A stretch of DNA of 64,000 nucleotides from Capsulimonadaceae bacterium (GCA_965215505.1 OZ244065.1:3104001-3168000); one strand, 5' to 3'; shown: positions 18,238 to 28,580, numbered from the stretch's first letter. The notes: generated from the letters alone by a model not told the origin. Translations and numbers: made by a program.

Positions 18238-20916
18238 ATGTTTCGATTCCCCGGCTGCCCCGCCGCCCTGGGCCTCGCCGCCCTGGGCCTCGCCGCCCTC
18301 GGCCTCGCCCTGGGCGCGGCCACCCCCGCCCGGTCCCAGACACCCACCCCGACAGCCGCCCCGGCGCCCGCGCGCCAGCAGACGCGCGGGGACACGCTGC
18401 CGCTACACGAGATGCGGGCGCGCACGTTCCACGCCACGCACTACGCGCTGCGCCTGCGCGTGGACCAGGTGCGCCAGACGCTGGCCGGCACCGTCACCAT
18501 TGACCTGACGCCGTTCGCGGACGACTTCCGCACCCTGACGCTGGACGCGGACGGGCTGACCATCGCGGACGTGACGCGGGCGGGGCGGACGGCCCCGCTG
18601 CCGTTCCAGGTGTCCGACGGGCACCTCGACATCACGCTCGACCGCCCCTACCATGCCGCCGAGCCGCTGACCGTCACCGTCCGCTACCAGGCGGTCAAGC
18701 CCAAGCGCGGGGCCTGGTTCATCGCCGCCCACCCGAAATCCCACACGCCGCGCGTCCTGTGGACGCAGGGCGAGTCCGAGGACACCCACGCCTGGTTCCC
18801 CTGCTACGACTTCCCCAACGACCGGGCCACGTCGGAGATCTGGGCGACGGTGGACGCGGACGACCTCACGATCTCAAACGGCGCGCTGGTCGGGCAGGAG
18901 AAGAACGCGGACGGGACGCGCACCGACCACTGGGTCGAGTCCACGCCCCATTCCACCTACCTGACATCGCTGATCGCCGGACCTTACGAGAAAGTGACGG
19001 ACCATCTGGGCAGCCTGGAAGTCTCCTACTACGGCTACCGGGGCGACTCGGACCGGCTGCGGCGGTCGTTCGGCATGACCCCGGACATCATCGCCTTCTA
19101 CCAGACGGCCCTGGGCGTCCCCTACCCCTACGAGAAGTATTCGCAGACCGTCGTCCCCGACTTCATCGCCGGGGGCATGGAGAACATCTCGGCGACCACC
19201 CAGAGCGACAATGTGCTGCACGGGCCGGGCGGTGAGCCGGATCACGAGTCGGAAAGTCTGGCCGCCCACGAGCTGGCCCACCAGTGGTTCGGGGACCTGG
19301 TGACCTGCCGGGACTGGTCGAACATCTGGCTCAACGAGGGGTTCGCCACCTACTTCGCCTCGCTCTACACCGAGCACGCCCACGGCGAGGCCGCTTTCCA
19401 GGCGGAGATGCGTCAGCAGCAGGCCTCGTATCGCCGGGAGGATGCGGACCGCTGGCGGCACCCGATGGTGGAGATGCGCTATGACACCCCGGAGGACCTC
19501 TTCACCGGCCACAGCTACGACAAGGGAGCGTCCGTCCTGCACATGCTCCGGTTCGTCCTGGGCGATGCCGCCTTCTTCCGCTCCCTGCACCGCTATTTGA
19601 CCGACCATGCCGGCGGGAACGTGGACACCGAAGACCTGCGCCGGGCCGCCGAGGCCGAGACCGGCCAGTCGCTGGGCTGGTTCTTCGATGAGTGGGCCGC
19701 TGAGGGCGGCTTCCCCGCCTTCCAGGTCAGCCATGTCTACGATGACACCGCGCATACCGTCTCGGTGACGGTGGCGCAGACGCAGACGGAGGACGCGGCG
19801 ACGGCGACGCCCGCCGTGTACCGGATGCCGGTCGAGATCGGGCTGCTCTCCGATCTGGGGATGACGACGACGCGGCTCCAGATCACCGGGCGCGAACAGA
19901 CCTTCGTGCTGCCCGCCGCCTCGCGGCCCCGCGCCGTGCTGCTGGACCCGGCGGGCTGGCTGCTCAAGACCGTCTCCGACGACAACGGGCGCGACGCCCA
20001 GATCGCCGTCCTGGCCCGCGCCCCCGCCGTGCCGGCGCGTCTAACAGCCGCCGAGGCGCTGGGCCGACTGCCCGACGACCCGGCGGCCGAGGCCGCCCTG
20101 GCATCCGCCCTGGCCGCCGACGCCTTCCCCGGCGTCCGCGCGGCCTGCGCCGCTGCCCTGGGCGGGATGACCACACCCGGTGCCGAGGCCGCCCTGCTGC
20201 GGGCATCACGGGCCGAGGCCGACGTGCCGGTGCGGGGGGCGGTCCTGTCCGGGCTGGGGCACTTCACCGACGCCCCCGCGCGGGCCATCGTCCGGGAGGC
20301 TTTGGCGGACCCACACTACGCCATCCAATCAGCGGCGATCCGGGCATCCGTGCGGCAGAAGTCGCCCGACTTTCCGCGTTTGCAAGCCATCCTGACCACT
20401 GCAAGCTCCGACCGGGCCTACGACCGGGTGCGCTCCGCGGCCCTGGATGCCCTGCTGGTCCCGGCCAATCCGGGGGCACTGCGGGAGGCCCTGGCCTACC
20501 TCGCCCCCGCCCAGCCGGACAGCCTGCGCTACGTCGCCGCTTCGAGCTTGGGCACGCTGGGCCTGGGCCGCCCCGAGGTGACCGCGCATCTGACGGCCCT
20601 GCTGGGCGAGACCCCCCCGGTCCGGTTTCTGCGCCGCATTGCGCTGGATGCCCTGAAGACGCGCGGCGACGCGCGTGCCGTTCCCGCCCTGCGCCGGCTC
20701 GCCTCGGCCCCGGACACGGACGCCGCCACGCGCCAGTCAGTGACGGACGTGGCCGACGCCTTGCAAGCCGGGGGGACGCCGGAGGGGCGGGTGACGACGC
20801 TGGAGCGCGAGGTCAAGACGCTGACGACCCAGAACACCGAGATGAAGGCCCGCCTGGACGCCCTCGCCCCTCCGGCCCGTCCCACGCTCAGGGCCGCGCC
20901 CAAGCCCGCCCCCTAA
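18238..20916 (+). CDS. M1 family aminopeptidase with C-terminal HEAT repeats (exported)
   Basis: Signal peptide, WTQGE, WFPCYD.PND, GGMEN, HELAHQWFGD..WLNEGFA and YDKGA; HEAT-like C-terminus. Confidence 0.93.
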   Translation: MFRFPGCPAALGLAALGLAALGLALGAATPARSQTPTPTAAPAPARQQTRGDTLPLHEMRARTFHATHYALRLRVDQVRQTLAGTVTIDLTPFADDFRTLTLDADGLTIADVTRAGRTAPLPFQVSDGHLDITLDRPYHAAEPLTVTVRYQAVKPKRGAWFIAAHPKSHTPRVLWTQGESEDTHAWFPCYDFPNDRATSEIWATVDADDLTISNGALVGQEKNADGTRTDHWVESTPHSTYLTSLIAGPYEKVTDHLGSLEVSYYGYRGDSDRLRRSFGMTPDIIAFYQTALGVPYPYEKYSQTVVPDFIAGGMENISATTQSDNVLHGPGGEPDHESESLAAHELAHQWFGDLVTCRDWSNIWLNEGFATYFASLYTEHAHGEAAFQAEMRQQQASYRREDADRWRHPMVEMRYDTPEDLFTGHSYDKGASVLHMLRFVLGDAAFFRSLHRYLTDHAGGNVDTEDLRRAAEAETGQSLGWFFDEWAAEGGFPAFQVSHVYDDTAHTVSVTVAQTQTEDAATATPAVYRMPVEIGLLSDLGMTTTRLQITGREQTFVLPAASRPRAVLLDPAGWLLKTVSDDNGRDAQIAVLARAPAVPARLTAAEALGRLPDDPAAEAALASALAADAFPGVRAACAAALGGMTTPGAEAALLRASRAEADVPVRGAVLSGLGHFTDAPARAIVREALADPHYAIQSAAIRASVRQKSPDFPRLQAILTTASSDRAYDRVRSAALDALLVPANPGALREALAYLAPAQPDSLRYVAASSLGTLGLGRPEVTAHLTALLGETPPVRFLRRIALDALKTRGDARAVPALRRLASAPDTDAATRQSVTDVADALQAGGTPEGRVTTLEREVKTLTTQNTEMKARLDALAPPARPTLRAAPKPAP

Positions 20917-21000
20917 GCCGCCGTAGGGGCGGCCCTAGGCCGGGCTAGGCTTATGCAAAAAAGGAGTGATAGGAATGAGTGATAGGAATGAGTGGAGCCG

Positions 21001-21291
21001 ATGAGTGAGGAGCAAGAGCGGCTGAGGGAGCGCGAAGAACTGATCTCCGCCCTGCGGAACTTCGCCGAACACTTCGGGGCCGCCGAAGTCTACCAGCAGG
21101 CGCGGGCGATCTACCTGGAGAGTCCCGCCGGGCGGGCCGAGCGGGAGCAGGAGGCGGCGGACGCCTTCGCCTCCGCCCTGCGCGGCAGCGGCCAGTCCCC
21201 CTCCGAGCGCCCGACGCGGGCGACGCCGGGCAGGAGATCAGGCGGAGGGTCGTCGCCCCTGGCGGACGCCAAGAAGGCGCTCGGGGGCTGA
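21001..21291 (+). CDS. Small hypothetical protein
   Basis: Helical, charged ORF with GC3-rich codons and GGAG upstream. Confidence 0.55.
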   Translation: MSEEQERLREREELISALRNFAEHFGAAEVYQQARAIYLESPAGRAEREQEAADAFASALRGSGQSPSERPTRATPGRRSGGGSSPLADAKKALGG

Positions 21292-21371
21292 ACGAAAGGG
21301 AAGAAACGCCTCCCGCCGCCGCCTGAGAATGGATAGCAGGGCGGGAAGAGAAGAGGGCGGGGGGACATGGG

Positions 21372-21469
21372 AGGGTGGGGGGACTCCGCCCCTACGCCGT
21401 CATCCGTAGGGGCGAACCTTGTGTTCGCCCTCCTCTCCGGGAAGAGGGCGCAGCAAGCGGCGCCCCTAC
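21372..21469. repeat. Cluster of three GTAG-type REPs
   Basis: ..CTCCGCCCCTAC, GTAGGGGCGAACCTTGTGTTCGCCCT and AGGGCGCAGCAAGCGGCGCCCCTAC. Confidence 0.75.
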
Positions 21470-21488
21470 ACGTCCGCCCCACGTCCCC

Positions 21489-22292
21489 CTAACCCTTCAG
21501 CAGCGTCCCCGCCGCCGCCTTCTCCGAATGCGTATCGCCCCCCTTGTCCGCCTGGGGCGTCAGGACCGGCTCGCCCGTGGAGGGCCAGCGGCGGGCGAGG
21601 ACTTCGTGCAGGGCCAGGCAGGCGATCAGCCACGGGACGCCCGCCGTCCACCCCGCCAGGACGTCGGTGGGATAGTGGACGCCCACATAGATCCGCGAGA
21701 CGCCGATGGAGAAGACGACCAGCACGGTGACGATCCGCACCAGGAGCCGCGCCGCATGGTTCTTGAACAGGTGCAGGACGAAGTACCCGAGCAGGCCGTA
21801 GACCACCATCGCGATGAGCGAGTGGCCGGACGGGAATGAGAAGCCCGATTCGTGCAGCAGCGGCGCGAAGAACGAGGGCCGGGGCCGCTTGATGAACAGC
21901 TTGACGCCCTGGATAATGACGCCCGACCCGATGACGGCGATGGGCAGGGTCCAGGCCGCCCCGCGCACCTTGCGCCAGACCAGACCCAGCAGGGCTGCCC
22001 CGGCGGCGATCCCGACGATGACCGGCGGCGACCCGGTGCGGGCCAGGATCGTCGCCGCTTGGGTGAAGGCGGGCGCGCGGTGGGCGCGCATCCAGTAGAG
22101 GATGTTCCGGTCGAAGGGCGTCACGTCGCTCCCGTTGTCTTTGACGAAGTCCAGCAGCTTGGCGAAGACCACGGTGAAGACGACGGCCAGGACCAGCCCG
22201 ACGGCGACGTGCCGCAGGACGATGTTCGGGGCCGCCTGAGTGGCGTTGGCCCGGTCTGCGGCCTGACGGGCTTGATGAATGACATTGCTCAT
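21489..22292 (-). CDS. PAP2-family phosphatase (undecaprenyl-diphosphatase-like)
   Basis: K...RPRP, SFPSGH and SRIYVGVHYPTDV motifs. Confidence 0.9.
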   Translation of the reverse strand: MSNVIHQARQAADRANATQAAPNIVLRHVAVGLVLAVVFTVVFAKLLDFVKDNGSDVTPFDRNILYWMRAHRAPAFTQAATILARTGSPPVIVGIAAGAALLGLVWRKVRGAAWTLPIAVIGSGVIIQGVKLFIKRPRPSFFAPLLHESGFSFPSGHSLIAMVVYGLLGYFVLHLFKNHAARLLVRIVTVLVVFSIGVSRIYVGVHYPTDVLAGWTAGVPWLIACLALHEVLARRWPSTGEPVLTPQADKGGDTHSEKAAAGTLLKG

Positions 22293-22440
22293 AACCGCGT
22301 TTGTACCCGCTTTTTCGCCTCATGGGCGTCCCCTTGCGGAACGCCATTGCCTTCCGGCGTGTTAATACGGTATAATTGGGAGTTGGCTGTCTTTAAGGCC
22401 CGCCGATGGGTGTTCCCACGGCATTGATAGGAGAAACGAC

Positions 22441-22647
22441 ATGAAGACCGGAATCCATCCCGAATACAAAGACGTCTCGATCACCTGCGGGTCGTGCGGC
22501 CACGTCTACCAGACCCGCTCGACCGGCGAGAAGCTGTCCACCGAGATCTGCGGCAATTGCCATCCCTTCTACACCGGCAAGCAGAAGCTGCTCGACAGCG
22601 CGGGCCGCGTGGACAAGTTCCTTTCCAAGTACGGCCTGAAGAAGTAG
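22441..22647 (+). CDS. rpmE: 50S ribosomal protein L31 (Zn-binding type)
   Basis: [29 protein letters not shown] and GRVDKF. Confidence 0.97.
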   Translation: MKTGIHPEYKDVSITCGSCGHVYQTRSTGEKLSTEICGNCHPFYTGKQKLLDSAGRVDKFLSKYGLKK

Positions 22648-22666
22648 TAGCGGGCGCAATCCTCGG

Positions 22667-22726
22667 AGGGCGCAGCGAGCGGTGCCCCTACAGCCAAAAC
22701 CGTAGGGGCGCTGCTTGCTGCGCCCT
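22667..22726. repeat. Inverted pair of GTAG-type REPs
   Basis: AGGGCGCAGCGAGCGGTGCCCCTAC-N10-GTAGGGGCGCTGCTTGCTGCGCCCT. Confidence 0.8.
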
Positions 22727-22765
22727 TGAACTCTTAAAGCTTGCACTCTTGAGGCGGCGGTGAAA

Positions 22766-23812
22766 ATGGACGAGCGGACACAGTACGGCGGCCAGGCGGT
22801 GGTCGAGGGCGTGATGATGCGAAGCCCGCGTTTCTTCGCCGTCGCCTGCCGCCGCCTGTCCACGCAGGAGATCGTCGTCGCCCTCGAACCCATCGAGAAG
22901 CACCTGCGCGCCTTCCAGTGGCTCAACAAGCCCTTCCTGCGCGGCTCGCTGGCATTAGTGGATGCCATGGCGCTGGGCATCAAGGCGCTCACCTACGCCG
23001 CCAACGTCCAGGCGACGGATACAGGCACCCCCGAGGACAGGGCGGCCGGGGTCGCGGCGGGCGCGGTAAATCTGGCGATGGGCGAGGGCGTGGCCGAGAA
23101 GCAGAAGTCGTCCGACGGCACCATCAACGGCATCGCCATCGGCATCACGACGGTACTCTCGCTAGTCATCGGCTACGCCGGCTTTTGGGTCGTCCCGGCC
23201 CTCCTGACCGACCGCTTCCTGCCGGGCCACGGGCAACTGCTGTCCAACCTGATCGAAGGGGCGATCCGGCTCAGTTTCTTTTTCCTCTATATCACGGCCA
23301 TCTCGCAGGGGAAGAACATCCAGCGCGTTTTCCAGTACCACGGCGCGGAACACAAGGCGATCAACACCCTGGAAGCGGGCCTGCCGATGACGGTGGGGAA
23401 CGCGCTCCAGGCCAGCCGCATCCACCCGCGCTGCGGCACCAACTTCATCTTCATCGTGCTGATCACGTCCATCGTCGTCTTCTCGGTCGTCCCGCGCCAC
23501 GCCTTCTCCGAAGGCATCCTGCCGGTGCTGACCACGGTCGGCCTGCGCCTCCTGCTGCTGCCCTTCGTCGCCGGCATCGCCTTCGAGATATTGAAGTGGG
23601 CCGGGGCCAATCGAGATAAAGCCTGGGCGCAGGCGTTGATCGCGCCGGGCCTGTGGACGCAGTATCTAACGACGCGCGTGCCCGACGAAAGCCAGATCGC
23701 GGTCGCCATCGCCGCGCTGGACGCGGTCTGGGCGCGCGAGCATTCCGGCGTGCGGCTGTGTCCCGTGGACGTGGAAGGCCAGACAGAGGGCGAGATTGCG
23801 GCGCTGGCCTAG
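22766..23812 (+). CDS. DUF1385 (YqhQ-like) membrane protein
   Basis: YGGQAVVEGVMMRS, RVFQYHGAEHKAI and SRIHPRCGTNF; usual position after rpmE. Confidence 0.9.
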   Translation: MDERTQYGGQAVVEGVMMRSPRFFAVACRRLSTQEIVVALEPIEKHLRAFQWLNKPFLRGSLALVDAMALGIKALTYAANVQATDTGTPEDRAAGVAAGAVNLAMGEGVAEKQKSSDGTINGIAIGITTVLSLVIGYAGFWVVPALLTDRFLPGHGQLLSNLIEGAIRLSFFFLYITAISQGKNIQRVFQYHGAEHKAINTLEAGLPMTVGNALQASRIHPRCGTNFIFIVLITSIVVFSVVPRHAFSEGILPVLTTVGLRLLLLPFVAGIAFEILKWAGANRDKAWAQALIAPGLWTQYLTTRVPDESQIAVAIAALDAVWAREHSGVRLCPVDVEGQTEGEIAALA

Positions 23813-23922
23813 CGGCCGGGATGTGGTCATGCTGTAGGGGCGGGGTCCCCCCGCCCTCCTTCCCTGTCCAGGCCTTTCCGTCCTGTGCGGGCCGTCCCGT
23901 CTCCATCCCGAGGATCATCCCT

Positions 23923-24996
23923 ATGTTCGAGAAGCTAGCCGAAGTCGAAGAACTCTACCAGGAGCTGGAGCGGCGCATGTCCGACCCCGCCCTGGTCGGA
24001 GACATGGACGAGTACCGGCGCGTCCACAAGCAGTACAGCGACCTCACCGAGATCGTCGCCAAGTTCCGCCAGTATAAAGAAACCCAGAAGCAGACCGAGG
24101 AAACCGAGGAGATGCTGCGCGGGTCGCTCGACGACGACATGCGCGACCTCGCTCAGTCCGAGTTCGACGACCTGCGCGCCCGGAAGGTCACCCTGGAAAA
24201 CGACCTGAAGGTCATGCTCCTGCCCAAGGACCCAAACGACGACAAGGACATCATCCTGGAAGTGCGCGCGGCGGCGGGCGGCGAGGAGGCCGCGCTGTTC
24301 GCGGGCGAGCTGCTGCGGATGTACATGCGCTACGCCGAGAAGCGCGGCTGGAAGATGGAGCTGCTGAACTCCAACGAAACCGGCATCGGCGGCTACAAGG
24401 AGGCCGTGATCGAGATCCACGGCACGGGCGCGTACTCGGCCCTGAAGTTCGAGAGCGGGGTACACCGGGTCCAGCGCGTGCCCGTGACGGAGGCCAGCGG
24501 GCGGCTCCAGACGAGTACGGCGACCGTCCTTGTCATGCCCGAGGCCGAAGACGTCGAGATCGAGATCCCCGACAAGGACATCAAGCGCGAGCATACGCTG
24601 TCCCAAGGCGCGGGCGGCCAGAACGTCCAGAAGAACGAGACGGCGGTGCGGCTGACCCACCTCCCCACCGGCATCGTCGTGACCTGCCAGGACCAGCGTT
24701 CCCAGCTCCAGAACTACGAGAAGGCCATCCGCGTGATGAAGTCACGCCTGTACGACATCGAGATGCAGAAGCAGACGGAGGCCCTGGGCAGCACGCGCAA
24801 GGACCTGATCGGGTCGGGCAAGCGCGAGGAGAAGATTCGCACCTACAACTTCCCCCAGGACCGCCTGACCGACCACCGCATCGGCCTGACCGTCCACAAC
24901 CTGCCGACCATCATGGGCGGCGAGATCCAGCACATCATTGACACCTTGGTCAACGCCGACCAGGCCGAGAAGCTGAAGCACGAGACGGGGGCGTGA
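23923..24996 (+). CDS. prfA: Peptide chain release factor 1
   Basis: LLPKDPND, GGEEAALFAGEL.RMY, FESGVHRVQRVPVTE (PxT), GAGGQ and KIRTYNFPQDRLTDHRIG. Confidence 0.96.
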   Translation: MFEKLAEVEELYQELERRMSDPALVGDMDEYRRVHKQYSDLTEIVAKFRQYKETQKQTEETEEMLRGSLDDDMRDLAQSEFDDLRARKVTLENDLKVMLLPKDPNDDKDIILEVRAAAGGEEAALFAGELLRMYMRYAEKRGWKMELLNSNETGIGGYKEAVIEIHGTGAYSALKFESGVHRVQRVPVTEASGRLQTSTATVLVMPEAEDVEIEIPDKDIKREHTLSQGAGGQNVQKNETAVRLTHLPTGIVVTCQDQRSQLQNYEKAIRVMKSRLYDIEMQKQTEALGSTRKDLIGSGKREEKIRTYNFPQDRLTDHRIGLTVHNLPTIMGGEIQHIIDTLVNADQAEKLKHETGA

Positions 24997-25034
24997 CGGG
25001 GCAGGGCTTACCGGGGGCGTGACGGGCAGGGTTT

Positions 25035-25110
25035 GTAGGGCGATGAATCGCGCTCTCCTTCGGAGAGGGCGCACACATTAAAGAAGGGCGAACACAAGGT
25101 TCGCCCCTAC
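25035..25110. repeat. GTAG-type REP cluster left of the Uma2 gene
   Basis: GTAGGGCGATGAATCGCGCTCT and AGGGCGAACACAAGGTTCGCCCCTAC. Confidence 0.7.
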
Positions 25111-25129
25111 GCCGTTCAGGAGGCAGACG

Positions 25130-25705
25130 ATGGCCGTCGAAACCCACCGCCGGCAGTGGACCGTAGACGAGTTCCAGCGCGCCTACGACCTGGGCGCGTT
25201 CGGCTTTGAGGCCCGGCTGGAACTCATCGAGGGCGACCTTTTCAGGAAGGCAAGCCAGGGCGCGGCCCACGCCTGGGTGATTTGCGCCATGACGGAGGCC
25301 CTGCGCGGCCTCTTCCCCTCCGGCCACGATGTCCGCTGCCGGTTGCCGCTCATCCTCGGCCCTCGGAGCAAACCGGAGCCGGATCTCGCCGTGGTCACCG
25401 GCTCCTTCAATGACTACAAGCAGGCCCATCCGACGACAGATACACTCGTGGTAGAGGTTTCCGACACCACTTTGGCGATGGACCGCTCCACCAAAGCCGC
25501 CCTCTACGCCCGCGCGGGCATCGAAGACTACTGGATCGTCAACCTCCCCGACGGCGTTCTGGAAGTCCATCGGCAGCCCGCCGCCATGGCCGACCAGCCG
25601 CTGGGCCACCACTACCGCAGCATTATCCGCCTCACCCCGACTGATACCGTCTCGCCGCTGGGCCGCCCGGACGCCGCCGTCGCCGTGTCTTCTTTGTTGC
25701 CGTGA
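25130..25705 (+). CDS. Uma2 family (DUF820) putative endonuclease
   Basis: WTVDEF, RLELIEG, PEPDLAVV and LVVEVSDTTL..DR..KA.LYARAGIEDYWIVNL. Confidence 0.9.
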   Translation: MAVETHRRQWTVDEFQRAYDLGAFGFEARLELIEGDLFRKASQGAAHAWVICAMTEALRGLFPSGHDVRCRLPLILGPRSKPEPDLAVVTGSFNDYKQAHPTTDTLVVEVSDTTLAMDRSTKAALYARAGIEDYWIVNLPDGVLEVHRQPAAMADQPLGHHYRSIIRLTPTDTVSPLGRPDAAVAVSSLLP

Positions 25706-25715
25706 CGCCGGATGT

Positions 25716-25837
25716 GTAGGGGCGCCGCTTGCCGCGCCCTCTTACGGCACGGAGGGCACAGGCGGGGGAAGAAGGGCGCAGACTTGTGAAGGAGGGCGCA
25801 GACTTGTGAAGGAGGGCGCGGCAAGCGGCGCCCCTAC
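25716..25837. repeat. Inverted GTAG-type REP pair with internal 20-bp duplication
   Basis: GTAGGGGCGCCGCTTGCCGCGCCCT ... AGGGCGCGGCAAGCGGCGCCCCTAC; AGGGCGCAGACTTGTGAAGG occurs twice inside. Confidence 0.8.
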
Positions 25838-25878
25838 GGGGCGGAAGATGGGGGCCATCTTCCGGGTATAACTCCTCT

Positions 25879-27132
25879 ATGCGCTACCTCTTGATTGCCG
25901 GCCTCGTGGCCGTCGGCGTCGCCGTGCTGCTCCTGCCGCCCCCCGTTAAGGCCGCGCCCGCCGCGTCGCCCGCTTCAGCGCCCACCCCGTCACCCACCGA
26001 ACAGGGCGACGACGTCCGGCCGCCGGTCGTCACGCCGCAGATGACGCGCTACTCGCGGACGCGCTACGGGCTGTACTTCGCCGGGACGGCTTACGGCCTG
26101 CTCGCGCTCTGGGGCGTCCTGGCGACGGGCCTATCCGCGAGACTGCGGCGCTTCGTCCAGCCCTTGCACTACTCGTTCTTCCAGCTTGCGGGCTACTACG
26201 CCCTGCTGACTCTCGTTCTCCTCGCCGTCCAAGCCCCCCTCTCCTGGTACAGCGGGTACTATCTGGAACACGCCTACGGGTTGTCTTCACAAAGCTTTCC
26301 CGCCTGGGCGGGCGATAGGACGAAGGGGGTGGCGGTGGACGTGGCGACGACGGTGCCCATCCTGTGGGGGCTGTTCTGGCTCATTAATCGTTCGCCGCGC
26401 CGCTGGGCCTTGTGGTTCTGGGGGGCGCTCATCCCGCTCATCGCCTTCGGCATCTTCGTCTCGCCCCTCGTCGTGGACCCGCTGTTCAACAAGTTCACGC
26501 CCCTGCCGCCCAGCCCGCTGAAGACGCGGATCGAGGCGCTGGCGGCCAAAGCGGGCATCCCGAACGCCCCCGTTTATGTTGTGGACAAGAGCCGGCAGAC
26601 GCACTCGACCAACGCCTATGTGACCGGCATCGGGTCGTCGGCCCGGATCGTGCTGTGGGACACGACCATTCAGAGGATGCCCGAGGACCAGATCAGCGCC
26701 GTGGTCGCGCACGAGATGGGGCATTATGTCCTCAAGCACCTTTACTGGGGCTTCGCCCTGTCCGTCGGCGGCCTGCTGGTCGGCCTGCCGCTGGCCCAGA
26801 AGTTCACCGAGGCGATGCTGGCCCGCTTCAGCCCGCGCTGGGGCGTCACCAGCCTTTCCGACTACGCCGCCACGCCCGCCCTGCTGCTGACCGTCGCGCT
26901 GGCCGGCTTCCTCCTGGCCCCGCTGACCAACGGCGTCTCGCGCGTCATCGAACACCAGGCGGACGCCTACGGGCTGGAAGTGAACGGGAACGGCCCGGCG
27001 ATGGCGCGCGCCTTCGTCTCCCTCTCCGAGCAGAACCTGAGTGACCCTGACCCACCCGCCTTCATCAAGTTCTGGTTGTTCACCCACCCGCCCCTCCGGG
27101 AGCGGATCGAGTTCGCGCTGGGGAAGAAGTGA
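25879..27132 (+). CDS. M48 family (STE24-like) metallopeptidase
   Basis: PLFNKFTPL, NAYVTGIG..ARIVLWDT, AHEMGH, EHQAD and THPPL.ERI. Confidence 0.92.
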   Translation: MRYLLIAGLVAVGVAVLLLPPPVKAAPAASPASAPTPSPTEQGDDVRPPVVTPQMTRYSRTRYGLYFAGTAYGLLALWGVLATGLSARLRRFVQPLHYSFFQLAGYYALLTLVLLAVQAPLSWYSGYYLEHAYGLSSQSFPAWAGDRTKGVAVDVATTVPILWGLFWLINRSPRRWALWFWGALIPLIAFGIFVSPLVVDPLFNKFTPLPPSPLKTRIEALAAKAGIPNAPVYVVDKSRQTHSTNAYVTGIGSSARIVLWDTTIQRMPEDQISAVVAHEMGHYVLKHLYWGFALSVGGLLVGLPLAQKFTEAMLARFSPRWGVTSLSDYAATPALLLTVALAGFLLAPLTNGVSRVIEHQADAYGLEVNGNGPAMARAFVSLSEQNLSDPDPPAFIKFWLFTHPPLRERIEFALGKK

Positions 27133-27429
27133 CCGGTTCCACGGGGCTGAACCCCCGTGCTGTAGGAGGGCAACTCCTCGCCTTTTACTCCGCTATTAAC
27201 CCCGCTCCGTCCCTACGAGGGGCGGAGCGCAGCGACTAGGAGGCGCGGGCACCAGCGGGCACCAGATGTAGGGGCGCGATTGATCGCGCTCTCCTCTGTT
27301 CTTCGCCCCTTCGACCCGCCCCCTACTACGCAGGAATCTTCCATGCAATCACGAATACTGCGTGTACCGTAGCCCTCTGGCATCGTCCGGCGGCAAGCGG
27401 GTAGAATGAGGTCTGGAGGGAACCGACCG

Positions 27430-27765
27430 ATGACTGCCATTCAGGAAGCGGAAAACCTGTTGCCGAGTCTGACACGCGGAGAAAAGGCACAGCTCTTGCA
27501 GTGGGTCGCGCGTGACCTCGGCGATGCTTTCCCCGGCATCGAGAGCATTCCTGACGTCTGCGGCGGCGAGCCGTGCATCGCCCGCTCGCGCCTCCCCGTT
27601 TGGCTGCTCGAACAGGCCAGGCGGTTGGGGACGAGTGAGGCGGGGCTGCTGCAAGCCTATCCCACGCTGCGCGCCCAGGACTTGGCAAATGCCTGGAACT
27701 ATGTGCGCGCCCATCCTGAAGAGATTGACCGGCAGATCCGCGAGAACGAGGCGGGCAATATGTAG
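27430..27765 (+). CDS. DUF433 family protein (orphan antitoxin-like)
   Basis: PDVCGGEPCIARSRLPVW...LLQAYPTL..QDL..AW.Y motif. Confidence 0.85.
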   Translation: MTAIQEAENLLPSLTRGEKAQLLQWVARDLGDAFPGIESIPDVCGGEPCIARSRLPVWLLEQARRLGTSEAGLLQAYPTLRAQDLANAWNYVRAHPEEIDRQIRENEAGNM

Positions 27766-27789
27766 CAGCCACGTTGCACGAAGGTAGGA

Positions 27790-27934
27790 AGGGCGGGGGG
27801 ACCCCGCCCCTACGCTCCTTCCGGTGGGCCTCTATGTAGGGGCGGGGTCCCCCCGCCCTTCTTTCAGCCTGGGGACCAGGCGAGGCGGGGAATGGGGGCG
27901 CGATGAATGAGGGCGCGATGAATCGCGCCCCTAC
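27790..27934. repeat. Cluster of three GTAG-type REPs
   Basis: AGGGCGGGGGGACCCCGCCCCTAC, GTAGGGGCGGGGTCCCCCCGCCCT and AGGGCGCGATGAATCGCGCCCCTAC. Confidence 0.8.
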
Positions 27935-28042
27935 GCCTTGTGCCCGCGAAGGCGGGCAAACGCTTTGTCGAAGGCCCGGACTTCAGTCCGGGGGTGCATA
28001 CGGCGTCATATCGTTTAGGTCGAATACAAGAAAGACCCACCC

Positions 28043-28573
28043 ATGAGCAACATCACCCTGCGCCGCGCCGAGCGCGCGGACGCCTCGGCGGTCATCGGGC
28101 TGATCATCGCCCTGGCCGAATTCGAAAACCTGCCGCCGCCGGACGCGGAGGCGCAGGCGCGGCTGATCGAACACGGCTTCGGCGACAGCCCGCAGTTCGA
28201 AGTCCTGCTGGCCGAGGTGCCGGGGGCGTCCGGCCCGGTCGGGTACGCCCTGCTGCTCCAGACCTACTCGACGTTCCTGGCCCAGCCGACCCTGCACCTC
28301 GAAGACGTCTTCGTGCTGCCCGAGTACCGCAAGCGCGGCATCGGCAAGGCGCTCCTGCGGCGGTGCGTCCAGGCCGCCTTCGAGCGCGGCTGCGGGCGGC
28401 TGGAATGGACCTGCCTGGACTGGAACACGAACGCGCAGGCATTGTACGAGCGCATGGGCGCGCGCCGGATGAAGGAGTGGTATCTGTACCGGATGACGCG
28501 CGGGGCGATGGCGCGGATGCTGGAAGGGGACACGCTGGGGGCGGACGCGCCGGGGGCCGAAGGGGATGTTTGA
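28043..28573 (+). CDS. GNAT N-acetyltransferase (diamine acetyltransferase-like)
   Basis: YSTF...LHLEDVFVLPEYRKRGIGKALL and RLEWTCLDWN..A..LYE. Confidence 0.9.
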   Translation: MSNITLRRAERADASAVIGLIIALAEFENLPPPDAEAQARLIEHGFGDSPQFEVLLAEVPGASGPVGYALLLQTYSTFLAQPTLHLEDVFVLPEYRKRGIGKALLRRCVQAAFERGCGRLEWTCLDWNTNAQALYERMGARRMKEWYLYRMTRGAMARMLEGDTLGADAPGAEGDV

Positions 28574-28580
28574 GGGAGCG

